DNA of 62,453 bases, filler included, from Hausera hauseri (taxonomy: Eukaryota): assembly GCA_046269625.1 (NCBI GenBank). It is 13 parts of 13 records of this genome, joined end to end, with 100 filler letters (N's around TTAATTAATTAA, not from the genome) between each part and the next. Parts side by side here need not be neighbours in the genome. Positions count along the whole stretch, not along the records: positions 24,293 to 29,104 come from JBJURY010426586.1; positions 29,205 to 34,529 come from JBJURY010279285.1; positions 34,630 to 38,970 come from JBJURY010627108.1; positions 39,071 to 44,011 come from JBJURY010385146.1; 9 more parts are not named here. One strand, 5' to 3'. Both the position numbers and the translations under genes were made by a program. Below the pieces are notes generated by a model. That model was given only the letters and a program-made list of their open reading frames with translations, did no database searches and had not been told where the DNA came from. Below, piece by piece: positions 27,201 to 40,621 of this stretch. Every line of letters begins with the position of its first letter. Positions within the stretch are counted from its first letter, which is position 1.

Positions 27201-27734
27201 TCTTGTCAGAATATTACTAAGTATGATATTTGGATTAACGTCCTCTTGTGGCGCAAAATATATTGGCTGATCATCCTCTTCGCGGATTTGAGCATAAATT
27301 AGCATTTCGGTTCTAGGCGGAATATTTTCATCGACGGGAATCCATACTTCTCCTTGCTTCCTTTCTTTCATTGTTATAATACCTTTCACTGGTCCGATTT
27401 CAAGTAATTTTGCGGTCTGTAACTTTATTGCTATATTAGGTAATTGTTTCAATATGTCGCAACCTAGCACTACATCGTCGGTTAATTGACCCATTAACTG
27501 GACTAAAGCACTCCATTTAAATTTTGGTTTGGATTCTTGCCCGAAGGCTCCTATGCTGCCTGGGTCTGATGATGACGCTGGCTGCAGTTGCTTTCGGAGT
27601 GTCGGTGGTACCGATTCTAATTTGATAAACGATTTCTCTGATCCGGTGTCTATTAATGCATAGACTTCCCGATCTTTGATAGTAACTTTTGTGAAGGGTC
27701 TTCCTTCCATGAATGATCTATAACAACTCGACAC
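24293..27734 (-). mobile_element. Gypsy/Metaviridae pro-pol (protease, RT, RNase H, integrase), frameshifted
   Basis: ALIDTGS; RFCINYRALN, LDLQSGY, PFGIK, YLDD; MDIVGPLP, YHPQCNGTVERMN, TGFTPF. Confidence 0.93.
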
Positions 27735-28284
27735 GTTCTTTGTTTGTTTAATCGAAAAAATTTTTTGTCCGTTTATCGTTATCTTTGGTGAAGAAATAAT
27801 ATTTTTGCTCAGCTGTTTCAGTTATTCGTTAGGGTATAAGTCGTTAACTGCCATGTTATTTGCATTGTTCTGATTAATGATTCTTATACTATTGGATTTT
27901 GGAACGATTTCACTCCTTGTGTTCCCCAGACTGTTGATTTTGTCTCTATATTTTAAGCTATTCTTGGTCAGTACAATATCCCGTGGTCATCTTCCTCTCG
28001 TCGTTGATTAGTAATTTGCATTTTCTTTAATACACCATATAGTTTTGTTCCTTCATAATGTTCTTCATAGCTGAAAGGTTTTTGAGAGAATGCTGATCTA
28101 TAAGACATCATAGATGTTTTGTCATAGTTCTTGTATATCGGAGCCGCTGGCGACATGATAGGTAAGGGTGATCTAATTACTGAATACATGTTGTGTCTAT
28201 TTTGTCTGAGGATCGCATCTCTTCCCTTAGGCTCGTCATTATCGGAGTTATTTGTTGGTGTCGTTGGTTTCTTAGCTTTGTGTT

Positions 28285-29104
28285 TCAATTGAAATATGGG
28301 TCTTGCTCATCGTTTATAATTATAGTAGCCGACATGGCGTTCACATCAGTTTTCCATCGATTGTCTTCGTATGTTTTAAGCATTTTGCCAAACGATGTGA
28401 TAATTGCGGTTAGGATCTTGCAAGAAAATCCTGTTAGCGTAAATATTTCATACCTATTTATAACCGCTTGAATTACCGCCTTTACTAGTTGTACAATGAA
28501 ATAAATTGCTAAAAATACAAATGCAGCTTGTCCAAAAATTAAAAATCTTCCCCATATTTTGCAAAGTATTTCTGTAGTTACCCATTGGTATTGATTTGCG
28601 CAAAGCAAGGATTCCCATTTTGCTTGGTATTGCGTATCATCTACTACTAATGCCATAGCCCGATTTAATTCGTGTGTCCGCTGTCGTGGAAAAGCGAGAA
28701 ATTGCCGAAAAGCTTCGATTTCTTTAGGCCTATAAATGCCTTTCTGAGATATATCCTGGAATTGTCGTCGGTAATTCCTTTTGCTAAATTAGTTCCAGTT
28801 AGTTTTTTAGGGATAATAATAACACCTCCATTGGGTAAGCTAAACCAATCCGTTTCGCCACGTCTAAACATTGGTTCACTCAAACTTGCTTTGCAATCCT
28901 TTAATATTGTAGGTTGTGTTGCGTTGTCTAGCAATACTTTAGTGAGAGGCATGGCTAACCGTGGGGTATTCTGGTAGATTATAGGGCGCTCCTGTATGCA
29001 TCGTTTTTCTTCAGCGTTAATTGGTACATCTATTTTTTCGCATTCATTTGTTAGTAAAACTTCGCCAGTAACCCGACCAAAAATTCCTACTCTCATGGGA
29101 ATAA
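28285..29104 (-). pseudogene. C-terminal half of an env-like glycoprotein resembling chuvirus/herpes-gB-related class III fusogens of invertebrate LTR elements
   Basis: GEV....C..I.V.....C.QE.PI.Y....P..K.L....T...C...PMF....W cysteine pattern; GIY..E....R.FL.FP across a frameshift; W..F..FG followed by a hydrophobic TM region. Confidence 0.7.
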
Positions 29105-29554
29105 NNNNNNNNNNNNNNNNNNNNNNNNNNNNNNNNNNNNNNNNNNNNTTAATTAATTAANNNNNNNNNNNNNNNNNNNNNNNNNNNNNNNNNNNNNNNN
29201 NNNNTGATTGAAAGTGCATCGTCTACTACACACGCCTGTACATGTGCCATTTTGAGATTATTGATTATTGGTGGGCCAGAACCGCCATTTATACACTACT
29301 CCAATTGTGTTCCTTGTCAATAAAATCAATCGGTTAATTATTAAGTAGAAAATAAGACATGTATGCTTAACTTGGAAAACAAGTGTACCGCGCGTTAACT
29401 TGTTTTTTTAGAATTGTTATTTATGTTCACTACAATAAACTTAATTTGATATCTAATGAAAATGTACGATGGGAAACGATTTCAGATTAATAAATAGTAA
29501 AATGGAATTTAGAATTACAGATATTAAATAATTGAATTTGTGATTAATTTGTAG

Positions 29555-29758
29555 AATGTGCTCAACGATGTCATAAAAATGCCGTCTGTATACAAGGAAA
29601 ATGCCAATGTCTACCAGATTTCAAAGGAGATGGAATAACGTCATGTTTCAGTTGTTCTGTTTGTGACAGATATGCGACTTGTGTTCCAAATGAAGAGAGG
29701 TGTGTTTGCTCACCTGGATTCCAAGGAGACGGAAAGATTTGTGGACGAATTGGAGAAC
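29555..29758 (+). CDS. 204-bp phase-1 exon encoding two EGF-like domains
   Basis: AG/GT borders; CAQRCHKNAVCIQGKCQCLPDFKGDGITSC..CDRYATC..CVCSPGFQGDGKIC. Confidence 0.85.
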
Positions 29759-30202
29759 GTACGTTCACAGTTTGAATAGATTTATTTTGGTTCTTTTTTG
29801 AATATTTTAAAACGTTCAGAAATATAATCGTCTTTCCGAAATATTGAAATTTTTTGCTCCGTATACACATTTTGTATTTTGGTAATTTTTATCTTTTGCA
29901 CATTTCATTGCTGTAAAGGAAATTGTTTATTTGACAACAAACTTTGTTCAAAATACCAATAAGTAACCAATTACAAAACTATGATAAATCTTACAAATAA
30001 TAGAACTTAGTTTTGAATAGATCGTTGCACTACAACTACTTTTTTAATCAATCAATTTTTAATTTAAGATTATTGATAAATCACAATCTATTGATTGATA
30101 ATTTAAATCAAAAATATCCACAATTAAAATTTTTTTTACAAAAATTTATCTTACAATTTTTACAAAACTATTCGGCTATTTATATTAAATAATTTTGGCT
30201 TA

Positions 30203-31267
30203 CAGTCTCTGGTGTTTAATAGTATATGTGGTGCACACATTCGCCCAATGGGACACAAAATAGTATATTTGTTTAAATATTACATATGTTGTTCTTCCAA
30301 TAAAGTCAAAAATTTTCGTCGCGGTTTTGTAACATTACGTTATCTGACTTCGACTCGAATTTTTTAATGTGTGAGTCTTTTGCGAAAGCAGCTTCCAAAA
30401 ATTAAGTGGATTTAATAGAATTTATTAGGATTTTTATGAATAATTCCTCCAACCAAAATTTGGGTATTTTGAATCTCATTGTAAAACATAGTCGAAGAGA
30501 AAGTAAATTTTAATCAAAACAATTCTAATATCTGTTGTCGGATGATTATAATAACAAATTTCACAGTATACTTAAAAGAAAAAATTTTTATGAAATTTAA
30601 TTAAATTGGTACAGTATGAAATATAAAATTTTACTTACCAATATTTATAAAAAATTAATAAAAATGATATAATTTTAAGGGAGATTAACAGAATTTAAAT
30701 TACAATTTTCCCAGTCAATAACACACACTCACATGTATTCACGGACAATTTGACATGCAGATACACACAGACAAGTTAAGTACACACATGACTTTTCGTG
30801 CATTTAATGGTATACCTGAATTTGTTAAAATTTCGAATTTTTCCATTAGTATCACCTTATTTAAAGTTGATGAACATTGTTAATGAAAATTTATGAGGTA
30901 TTTTGTGTTTCCAACCATTTTTACATTGAAATTCTATCAAATGTGACTGTCAATGAAAAATGAAATTTCATGTTGATCACAAAATATTCATGAAAATGAT
31001 TGAAATGATTTCAAAATGTCTATGAACAACTATTAAAAACTAAACCAGAACGAAATTGTGGTAAAGTATATCAAAATTAAAAATAAAACATCCAGTAAAA
31101 CCAAAAACAACTAGCACTCTTTGTAAAAAAATAATTCCGTGGTATTGCTGAATATGAAATCTACAAATTAATTACAAAAACCCCGTTTAAAGTCGAATAT
31201 ATAATCAAAAATATACAAAAAACAGAAACCTGTAAAATCCAGGTATGAAATTAAATGCCAGAGACTG
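30203..31267. mobile_element. Non-autonomous or decayed Tc1/mariner-like element in an intron
   Basis: TA|CAGTCTCTGGTGTTTAAT ... ATTAAATGCCAGAGACTG|TA: terminal inverted repeats with a TA target duplication. Confidence 0.75.
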
Positions 31268-32325
31268 TATAACACTTTACATTAGAATTTTTATAACGCG
31301 TGGTTTACCGAAAAAATTCTGTCTAAAAGGTCATCTGATTTCTTAATTGACATTAATTAACTTATGTACTGTATATTCAGAATATTCAGATTTTAGCAGG
31401 TTTAGCTAATTTCCACACTATTTCTCATGGTTCAATTTCTTTTAATCAAACATCATCGTGTGATCTGTCAATATGCGCATGTCAAAAATATGAATTTTCC
31501 CATAATTTCTTTTTTGTACAGTTTTTTCCAATTATTCTTTGGTTACTCCACTTATACGGCTATTTTCGGTGATCCAAATTATGTGCCACTGTTACGAATT
31601 TTTAAATTCGGAATAGTGTATCGATGGTAAAATTATGTAAAACAGATTTACTCTAGGAGACCACTCAAGAAAGGGCGGATCCTTTCCAATGACAGAAAAT
31701 GAAATGAAGTGAAAAACAAATTCGTTTAAATGTTCCTTTTTCATGCTTTTTATCAATAATTAGTGGTACCGAAATATTTTTGGTTAACTTTAATCCTAAT
31801 TTAGGCATTTACAAAAATAAAGAAAACATACATCATTCTATATCATATTAATTTCAAAGCAAATCAACGAAATCTGGTACAGAAAAGCATGTTAATAATG
31901 TAGTACATTTGGTGTAACATCTTTTGTGAGATCTTTATTTCCATCACTGTAACTAACTAATATTACGAAGAGAACAATAATCGTTTTACCATTACAAAGA
32001 CAGACTTAATACATTGAAGATGACTGAACACCCAAGCAGAAAACTCTGTTTATAAATTGTTTACATTATCAAACGTATTCATCATCTTTCAGCATTAGTT
32101 TGAGAGGAAAATGTAAGAAATATCAATCATTTTGTGAAATTTCACAAATTAATTAAAATGATGGAGATTACCAAATTGATAAAATATACAAATTATTTTG
32201 TGTTAATTTTTGTTGATAAGAACGAAAAGACATAAACATACTATTAATGTTATTAGCATGTGTTTCTTGAATGTGTTATCAAATTTGTTTTACAGTAAAT
32301 GCAATACAACAATATTTTACTATAG

Positions 32326-32529
32326 AATGTCCTCAAAGATGTCACAACAATGCAATTTGCGTCTTTGGAAATTGTCGATGCCTTTCAGATTTTGAAGGAA
32401 ATGGCGTATCATCATGTTTCAATTGTTCTACATGCCATGTCAATGCTGAATGTTTGGTTGATGAAGGTCGATGTAATTGTTTACCTGGTTTCATCGGAAA
32501 TGGAAGGACGTGTACAAGAATTGGTGAAC
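32326..32529 (+). CDS. Paralogous 204-bp double-EGF exon
   Basis: AG/GT borders; CPQRCHNNAICVFGNCRCLSDFEGNGVSSC..CHVNAEC..CNCLPGFIGNGRTC. Confidence 0.85.
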
Positions 32530-33209
32530 GTGAGTTTTTCACTTTTTTAATCATTTTATTCATCAAGTAAGATTGCTCGACAATGTTTTGGGAATTGTTT
32601 AGTTATAAACGTAAAGATTGACTTATTTTATATTAGGAACACAAATCTTAGATGAGAAAATTTAGTTTCAAGAAAACAACTTTTATATTTTTTACTACGG
32701 TTTTCTTTTTTGTTTTATTATTTCAAAAAATTCATTTTGAAATATTAATTTAAAACTGAACTTTATGATTCACGTGTAAATATATTAATTATTTATTATT
32801 TATTGTAATTGACATAGATTATTGGTGCAGAAAAAATATACTGCCAGTTTCTGAAACACTTGCAAACATTTTCATAAATTATTTTTAGTTCCAAACACAA
32901 TCTCATTTCAAGATCATTGCAATTATTTATTTAACCTCCGATCCAAACATAATAATTTTTAACGTGATATACCATAATCCTTTGTACAAAAATCTAACGT
33001 GATACATTAACATCATTCATTAATTATCACACTTCATGAAACATAGAAAATAATTTTACTAGCCAATATAAAACGAACTAAGCATCTATTACTAATATCT
33101 AACAGTGTTTGTAAAATTGGTAATATTGCTTTCGCACCAATAAACCGTGTTAATTACAATAAATAAGTAACATATTCACGGGTGGATCAAAAATTGTTAA
33201 AAAATTTTA

Positions 33210-34529
33210 AATTAACAAAAGGTTGCCGTGAGGTTTGATATTAATAGGCGCTCTTATTGTGTCTATTCGGTGTTTGATGAGAGATGTGCACCCTATGTCC
33301 CACTTGGCGGCCATGAATACCTCTGGGTATTTCTGTATAATGTTGAGCAGCTCTCTGTTGTCACTCACCTGAAGAGCTTCCTTTATCCTGTTGACTCGTT
33401 CCTGGTTAGTCACCTTACGGCCAAACTTGGCTTTCAGGTAGCACATATCTTGCTGTAATATCCCCGTTTCTGTGCTTTTCCATCTCAGTTCTATTCCGAA
33501 TGCCTTTTGCAGGTCCATACCACCTATTATTTCCGGACGTAATTCCAACACTACCAGGAATGTTACGCGTCTCCTTAGTCCTTTGATTTCGAAGTCTATT
33601 GTCAGTGTGCCCAGGAAGTCTAAGGAGCTATTATTTGCACATCGTAGTATGGTATTCGATTTCTCTATGTGAGTGTTTGTCAGTTTATCCTCGGTCTTCT
33701 CGCTTCAGACGTTTACCCTGACCCCCGTGTCCAATAAGCAATCTTCTTACATATCTTGTATTGTTAGTGACATCTGTTCGGTATACAATTTTTCTAGTGT
33801 GAAGATATGCGTATCGTTCCCGCTTTACTCCGTGCTTTGAAGGATTTTTCCAGAAGGAAATTTTCCGTTTTCATAATTTTCCGTACTTTTTCCTGTATAC
33901 TTTTATCCATCACTATACATCTGTGCCCCTTTTTTCTTGATCCGTCTATAATATGTGGTATACTACTACTATTGTAAATAACGATATTTTGGGAGACTGA
34001 ATCTATTGTAATGTTCCGATTTGCTCAACTTCTATCGAGGCTCTGCCTTTTGGGGCAACTGACTCCTGTTCTGATTCTGTTCCTTCTTCCTCTACGTTTG
34101 CGACTTTCCCCCGTCTTCTGTTCAGATTATCCCCGTACCTTCTTTTCACTTTGTATGTATCCCATCCTGGTTCTCTTTTCCTCTCCAGTCTGGTGTAGCA
34201 CTCCTTTTTGGTATGTTCCCTATGGAGACATCTTTCACATATAAGGTTTCTACAATTTCTTGTGACTTGCCCCTGCTAACTACATCCGTAGCATCTTATT
34301 GATTTTCTTTGGGGGCACTGCCTGTTTATATGTCCTTCTTTTCCGCATCCAAAGAATTTAATCGGTTCACGTGTGGTACAAGTTCTGCTCGTATATTCTT
34401 CCTTCTAACATGTCCAACACATTTTAATCCACTATTTGGTGGTCTAGTTGCCGTCGTGTTGGTTCTAGGAATAGGTTTTCCAATATTTCTTCCTGTCACT
34501 TCCTGTTAGGTTTTTCTCCCGATTTCTGG
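33210..34529 (-). mobile_element. Gypsy fragment: Gag CCHC knuckles, protease and RT start
   Basis: CWTC and CYGC knuckles at ~34200-34420; CLLDTG near 33730; IIGGMDL; DIGCTSLIKHRIDT..PI. Confidence 0.75.
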
Positions 34530-34747
34530 NNNNNNNNNNNNNNNNNNNNNNNNNNNNNNNNNNNNNNNNNNNNTTAATTAATTAANNNNNNNNNNNNNNN
34601 NNNNNNNNNNNNNNNNNNNNNNNNNNNNNCAACAGATATTTGAAAAGACAGATGGACAGATTTCCGTTCTGTTTTTTATATCTACTGCTTTCAGTCTACG
34701 GAATGTCTTAGTTACATGCTTAGTTACAAGTTGTTTATTTACGTGTT

Positions 34748-34748
<1 letters not shown>

Positions 34749-34814
<66 letters not shown>
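34749..34814 (+). repeat. (ACT)n microsatellite
   Basis: Perfect trinucleotide run. Confidence 0.95.
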
Positions 34815-35224
34815 GTTACAACAACTACTAGTATTTCTGCTACTGGTAATTCGTGTTCGTTCCATTCATGGAGCATAAAACCATAGCTGTAGATCTCTAT
34901 TTCTGAAGATCCAGTGCATTTATCTTCATCTCGTTCAATTGTGCATTTGCCGCTTCAGTGGTCTTTATCAAAGGGTCCTTCTCAATTTAGCTATTGTTCT
35001 CCCGAACCTCCTCTGTCCTAGTGGCTTCCGTTGTAAATCATGTCTCATTGCGTACAAACAGACAGACAGACAGGCAAATTGAAAGAAAGGAATGCAATAG
35101 CACCTGTTATAACTGCCCTGCACATATAGATAAGTATCTCGTAAACGTTGTATCTGCCTGCCATTATGCTTTGCAGACGTTACTATGCGCGTCACTTGTG
35201 CTCTCAAAAACTACTCTAATTTAT

Positions 35225-35578
35225 ATCATCATCATCATCATCATCATCATCAGTCCGGTAAGCTATGGTGATCGTTGGGACACATTCAATGACGTCGAAC
35301 GACTCTTCTCCATTCGTCTCAGTTCTTGGCTGTATTCTGTGATGCGCTGATCGTCAGGCCTGTCCATTCCTTGATATTATCCTCCCATCGTTTCTTCTGT
35401 CGACCCTGTTTTCTACCACCTGGTACAGTGCCTTGCAGGGTGGTTTTTGTAAGACCGTTTTATCTTGTGACGTGGCCATACCATTTCAGCTTCCGTTCTT
35501 TCACCATTGCAAGCAGATATTTTTGTGGGCCAATGGCTTTTTTGATTCGCTGTCGCATTTCATCATGTGTGATGTGGA
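35225..35578 (-). mobile_element. 3' end of an RTE-clade LINE with a (GAT)n tail
   Basis: Minus strand reads LKWYGHVTR..TLQGTVPGGRKQGRQKKRWEDNIKEWTG and ends in GATGATGAT repeats. Confidence 0.8.
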
Positions 35579-35724
35579 AATTTATATATTGTTGTTTTAA
35601 ACCATGCGAACATGGATTCAATACTGCTGGTTCCCGGATAGCCAGTTTCCTTATGTTTTTTCTTTGATTTAGTACGCTTCTTTTTCTTATCTACTTCTTT
35701 CAATTATTGAGTGCAAGTATAACA

Positions 35725-35920
35725 TGCACCTCTCTATGGTGTCTCCACCTTTTCGTAGTAGGGAGGCTTGTGTGACTCAATAATGTCGAGAGCTAATGTA
35801 AGTGGTAACTTGCTACCTGAAGTAGCGGTACCTTGTTACCACGAAGGACAGGTCAAAAAGATCGGACAAACAGTGACGCCTCTGGTTCTCCGTGCTGGGT
35901 GTTGGTCACAGTTAATAACG
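35725..35920 (+). mobile_element. RTE-type 5' leader fragment
   Basis: CCACCTTTTCGTAGTAGGGAGGCTTGTGTGACTCAATAATGTCGAGAGCTAATG resembles the BovB/RTE 5' end as I recall it. Confidence 0.55.
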
Positions 35921-36649
35921 GGGCATTCTTAAAAAAAATGAAATGTCCATAAGAACTCGAAAGAAAATAAGTAGTTTTTTGCTCCAAGCAGTACGAGGTC
36001 TAGCAGTGAAAACTGGAGATTCTGGAAACGAACTAGGCTAACTGGACGTATTTATCTGTAGACTGATTCAAAGTTATATTACGCATGAAGTCATACTTCA
36101 AAAAGGCCCATGATAGGAAAGTTCAGAATTGTCTTATAAAATGACATAGTACTGTGAGTGAGTAAAAAGCATCTAAAATATTAATATACGTTTGAATATC
36201 AAGAAGTATTGTGTTAACTTTTTCTGGCTTTACCCGCGTAATCGCGCATTCTAAACATCGTTACACTGAGCAGCGCCAACGAAGCGACAAGAACGACTCG
36301 CTAATACAAAAGCCAATGACAGAAATCTTCGAGTCACAAAATTACAAGGCTCTTTCGCTAGCTAATTTCACCTTCAACCCTAAGGTCAGTATTATAATCT
36401 TACAATAAAAGTGTTACCTTTAGATTTGTATCACATTTGCAATGTTGTCACATAAAAGTGATTAACAATAATCTCAGCCCATCAGCCATGTCCAGATTCA
36501 ATGATTGTAGAGAAATATTACAATCATACATGTGGACCAACATAAGCAGCAAATTATGAAGACATCGGGAAACTGTACAGCAAACTGCAAAAAATCTCTA
36601 CAAACAAAGTAAAGAAAAACAGACATCAAATTATAATGGGAGATTTTAA

Positions 36650-37167
36650 TTGACGTCATTAAAAAGTTGTCGACATAAAACGTTGCCGATATTAAAAAGT
36701 TGCCAACATAAAAGTTAATGACATGAAAAAGTTACTAACATGAAAACGTTTACACGATTAAAAATTGCGGACATGAAAAAAGTTGCCAACGTGAAAGCTA
36801 CCGACATGAAAAAAGTTGCCAACATGAAAAACTGTCAACATGAAAAGAAATGGCACACATGAAAAATTACTGACAAGACAAAATGTCGAAATCAAAAAAA
36901 TAAACCAACACGAAAAATTGCTCATACAAAAAAATGCTGACATGAAAAATTATCGACATGAAAAAAGTTGCCTACGTAAAAGTTAACGACATTAAAAATT
37001 TACAATACCAAAAAAATGGCCGATATAAAATATTGGCCGATATGAATTAATGGCCGATATGAAAAGTTACTGACATGAAATCAATTACCGACATGAAAAA
37101 TTGTCGACTCGAAAAAAGTGGCCGACATGAAAATTTACCAACATCAAAACAATGGCCTACATGAAAA
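36650..37167 (+). repeat. Degenerate minisatellite with a ~20-21-bp unit (CCGACATGAAAAAAGTTG-like)
   Basis: Over 20 contiguous diverged units with no unique spacers. Confidence 0.85.
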
Positions 37168-37650
37168 TGATGATGATGATAAAACCAGATGACTAACATA
37201 AGAACCCTAATAACTTCCCTTCATTTCACAACAGTTCACCTAATGCTGATGACTAATATCCCTAACAACACTGTTATCTCGCCCTTCCTTACACTGCATG
37301 ATACATGATGCTGACTAATATCCCAACAACAGGACACATGATGATGATGAGGACTAACCTAACAACGCTGATAACTTCCCCTTCCTTAAACGGCAAGTTA
37401 AATAATGCTAATGACTAAAAACCCTAACAACAGGACACATGATGATGATGACTACCCTAAAAGTACTGTTAACTCCCCTTCCTTATACGACAAGTCAACT
37501 GATGATGACCAATATCCCTAATAACTTCCCCTTCGTTATACGACAGGTCACCTGATGCTGATGACTAATACCCCTCACAAGAGGACACATGATGATTATG
37601 ACTAACCTAACAACGTTGTTATCTTCCCCTTCCTTAAACGACATAACACG

Positions 37651-37682
<32 letters not shown>

Positions 37683-37800
37683 ATCCCTGACAATGCTGCT
37701 ATCCTCCACTTCCTTATATGCCAGCCTGGCACATGCTGATATCTAACAACATGAACCACGCTGGTATCTTCTCCTTCCTTATACAACAGGCACCAGCATA
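37168..37800 (+). repeat. Degenerate tandem repeat (GATGATGACTAA..CCCTAACAAC..CCCTTCCTTATACGAC)
   Basis: Motif blocks recur at roughly 60-110-bp spacing; an isolated copy lies near 38515-38560. Confidence 0.75.
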
Positions 37801-38669
37801 AAATTCGAGTGCAAATCGTTGTGACCCCATCACTGTGAGCCCGCCTAAACGGTAATCTGATACCGCGCTATCAAATTTTGGTGCCTAGCACTAACGTGGA
37901 CTGATCGTCTCTATGCTATTATTATTTTTACAGTAATTATTTTTGTCTGTCCATCTGTAACACAGCACTATACTTATTTGTACGTCACAGCCTATTAAAG
38001 AACAACACTGAAAACTTAAGTTTTTGGACAGGTTTGCCTTGGGGGCGTAACTGCCTAAGATATTAGTGTTTGTTATGAATCAACAGAAACGTTCGTGTCT
38101 ACACAGCCTCTAATACCAAAATACGTTCTCCTCCTGACACGTTAACATCTGAAGGCGTAGAAAGCTCCCCATCAGATTAGCTTATAACGGAACCCCTAGC
38201 TGAGGATGATGATGATGATGGTGCATGGCACTTGCCAATGATGATTAATTGCTTCGTTCCGATATCTAACGCACCACTGACGACCAGATTCCTAGACCAT
38301 AAGGAAGTACTCGAGCCACCACCTCCAGCTCAGATTCCATAAGAACGAAGAAGAAGAAGGACAGTACACCTAAATACACCTCACATTATATGCAATCACC
38401 TCTACCAGGACACCGGATGTGATGATGACTACAACCAAAGAAGAACCACCAGCCCTCTATTTGTGAAACAACACACTTAGTCATGGCAGTGTGGGAAGGT
38501 TTTAATAATTAATAGATGACCCCTTCCTTATACGATCGGGCACATGATGATGATGATACTACCCAAAGAAACAAGCCACAACCACCACCGGGAAACAAGG
38601 GCTAGTCACCTGATGAGCAAACCCACACCTCAACAAGCATGGGCAATACCTATGCCGGCAAAAGAAGCC

Positions 38670-38970
38670 CACCCCAACACCATGGACAAGACGAGACCCA
38701 CCCTTAACCCTTGGGAAACAAAGTCTCTTGAAGATCTAACCCACCCCGTCAATAAGCACTGGCGATATTTATGTGACCCATCCCCCAAAACCCATGGACA
38801 AGACAAGCCCACTCCCTACCCTTGGGTAACAATGTCACCTGAGGATCTAACCCACCCCTCAACAACCAGGGGGAAGACCTATGGGGACAACAAAAGACTC
38901 AACCTCCAGCACCAGTGGACAACACGAGACCACCCCCCCCCCCCGAGCACCCATGGACAAAATGGCAACA
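38670..38970 (+). repeat. C-rich degenerate repeats (CCATGGACAAGAC...GATCTAACCCACCCC)
   Basis: CCATGGACAA occurs three times and GATCTAACCCACCCC twice. Confidence 0.6.
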
Positions 38971-39816
38971 NNNNNNNNNNNNNNNNNNNNNNNNNNNNNN
39001 NNNNNNNNNNNNNNTTAATTAATTAANNNNNNNNNNNNNNNNNNNNNNNNNNNNNNNNNNNNNNNNNNNNTAAAAGCAGTTGAAAAAGAGTTTGAAATAA
39101 TGAAAAAATCAAGCCACTAAAATAACTGTTTAATGTTTTGTAAATAGTGTTTTCATTCAATGTCTCCATTCTGGACAGCATATGGACCAGTTATAAGTAT
39201 GAAATTGACTGTTGTTTTTTTTTAAATGGTTCAAATAATTTCTGAAATATAATCTTGGAAGCTGGATTACTTGTACCGACAATAGTGGAACCAACAGACA
39301 ACATTGGAAGCAACATTTTTAAGTCTATATGCATTATTTTATCAAATGATAATAAAATAGTGTCGCGCGTGAAGATCATTAAAAGTCGCGAAAAGATCAT
39401 TACAAGTCATTAAATTTGGTCTTGGAATTTCTGTAGATACCCTGGTCCTACATTCTGATGTTTATTTTTTTCTCATGTTTTATACATTATACTTTCCATC
39501 CCACTAAGTGTACAACCGTTTCAATGCATTCTATCCTGGATAAGTGTACATTCATCGTCAAAGAAATACACATTGTCATCTCATGTTTTCAGATTAGATA
39601 TCTGTATCCATGTCACGCTTCATCTGGATACACGTTTATTTACATACATAATCAGTGGGGATACACATTCATCATTGTCTTGTGGTAGATTCATTTTGTC
39701 AGAACATTGTCATGTGACTTGTTGATTCCATACAGTTGTAGAAGATTCAGTTGCTTAAATATGCTTTCCATGGTCATCTTTCATAAATTGTGATGTTGTT
39801 AATTTATACTTGACAG

Positions 39817-40152
39817 ATGATGAGCCCTATGAATATGATGCCACAGTTACCTCAAGTACAAATACAGCAGCAGCTGAAACAGCAACAAAAACTGCTGTCA
39901 ACCAGTGAGGTTATCAGTATTAGACTGCAGAGTGGAGCGAGTAAAAAGATGGATTACAGACGTCTGTCAAAAGGCACCAAGCAAACAAGATTCGGTGAAA
40001 ACTATACGACATATAACGAACTGGTTGGCTTGTTCAAAGAGTCGTTGAGTACGCAGATCGCTCGTAGGATGACACGACGTGAGAAAGTCTATCTGCAGTG
40101 TCCACAATGCAAAACGATACTGTCAACCGCTGAGAAACCAGTTAACGATGAG
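39817..40152 (+). CDS. Probable host exon, Q-rich with a CxxC motif, function unknown
   Basis: TTGACAG acceptor, open frame of 112 codons, GAG|GTGAGA donor. Confidence 0.45.
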
Positions 40153-40621
40153 GTGAGATTTGTCATTGCGTACTATTTGTCTGGCAACAACCTTTTTCAT
40201 TTACTTATTAACGATTTCTCTTCCCCATTTCTTATATGTTTTTGCTCTTTACATGTCCGCCGTTGGCATAACAACGTCACCCCTTTTAGGTTTAGCCTCC
40301 AGTTGTAGTTGAAACTTAATGTCCCGTTATTTAGAGATTCCCTATAATTGTTCACATGATCCACTAACAATTTCATCAGCCCTTAGCTTAAATATTCATC
40401 TGAGAGATTTTCCATAGACGTCTTCTGAATTCCTTTGAAACCGTGATTTACGGAATATATATTGATATACCCCTTGTTATGTCTAACCTCCATTTACGTA
40501 CTATTACTTTGGACAACAGTAATACCATCCCTACTGATGGTATCCAGTTGAGTGTCGATCGCCATAGAAACACGATTGAACAATTGAATCAACATACTTC
40601 TCTGACCGGACCCCCGGTGAA

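Noticed and set aside
36650-37167. CRISPR-like array
   Set aside because: Units are contiguous and degenerate with no unique spacers; eukaryotic context and no cas genes.
38544-38970. 160-aa Pro/Thr-rich ORF
   Set aside because: Arises from C-rich repeats and runs into the linker.
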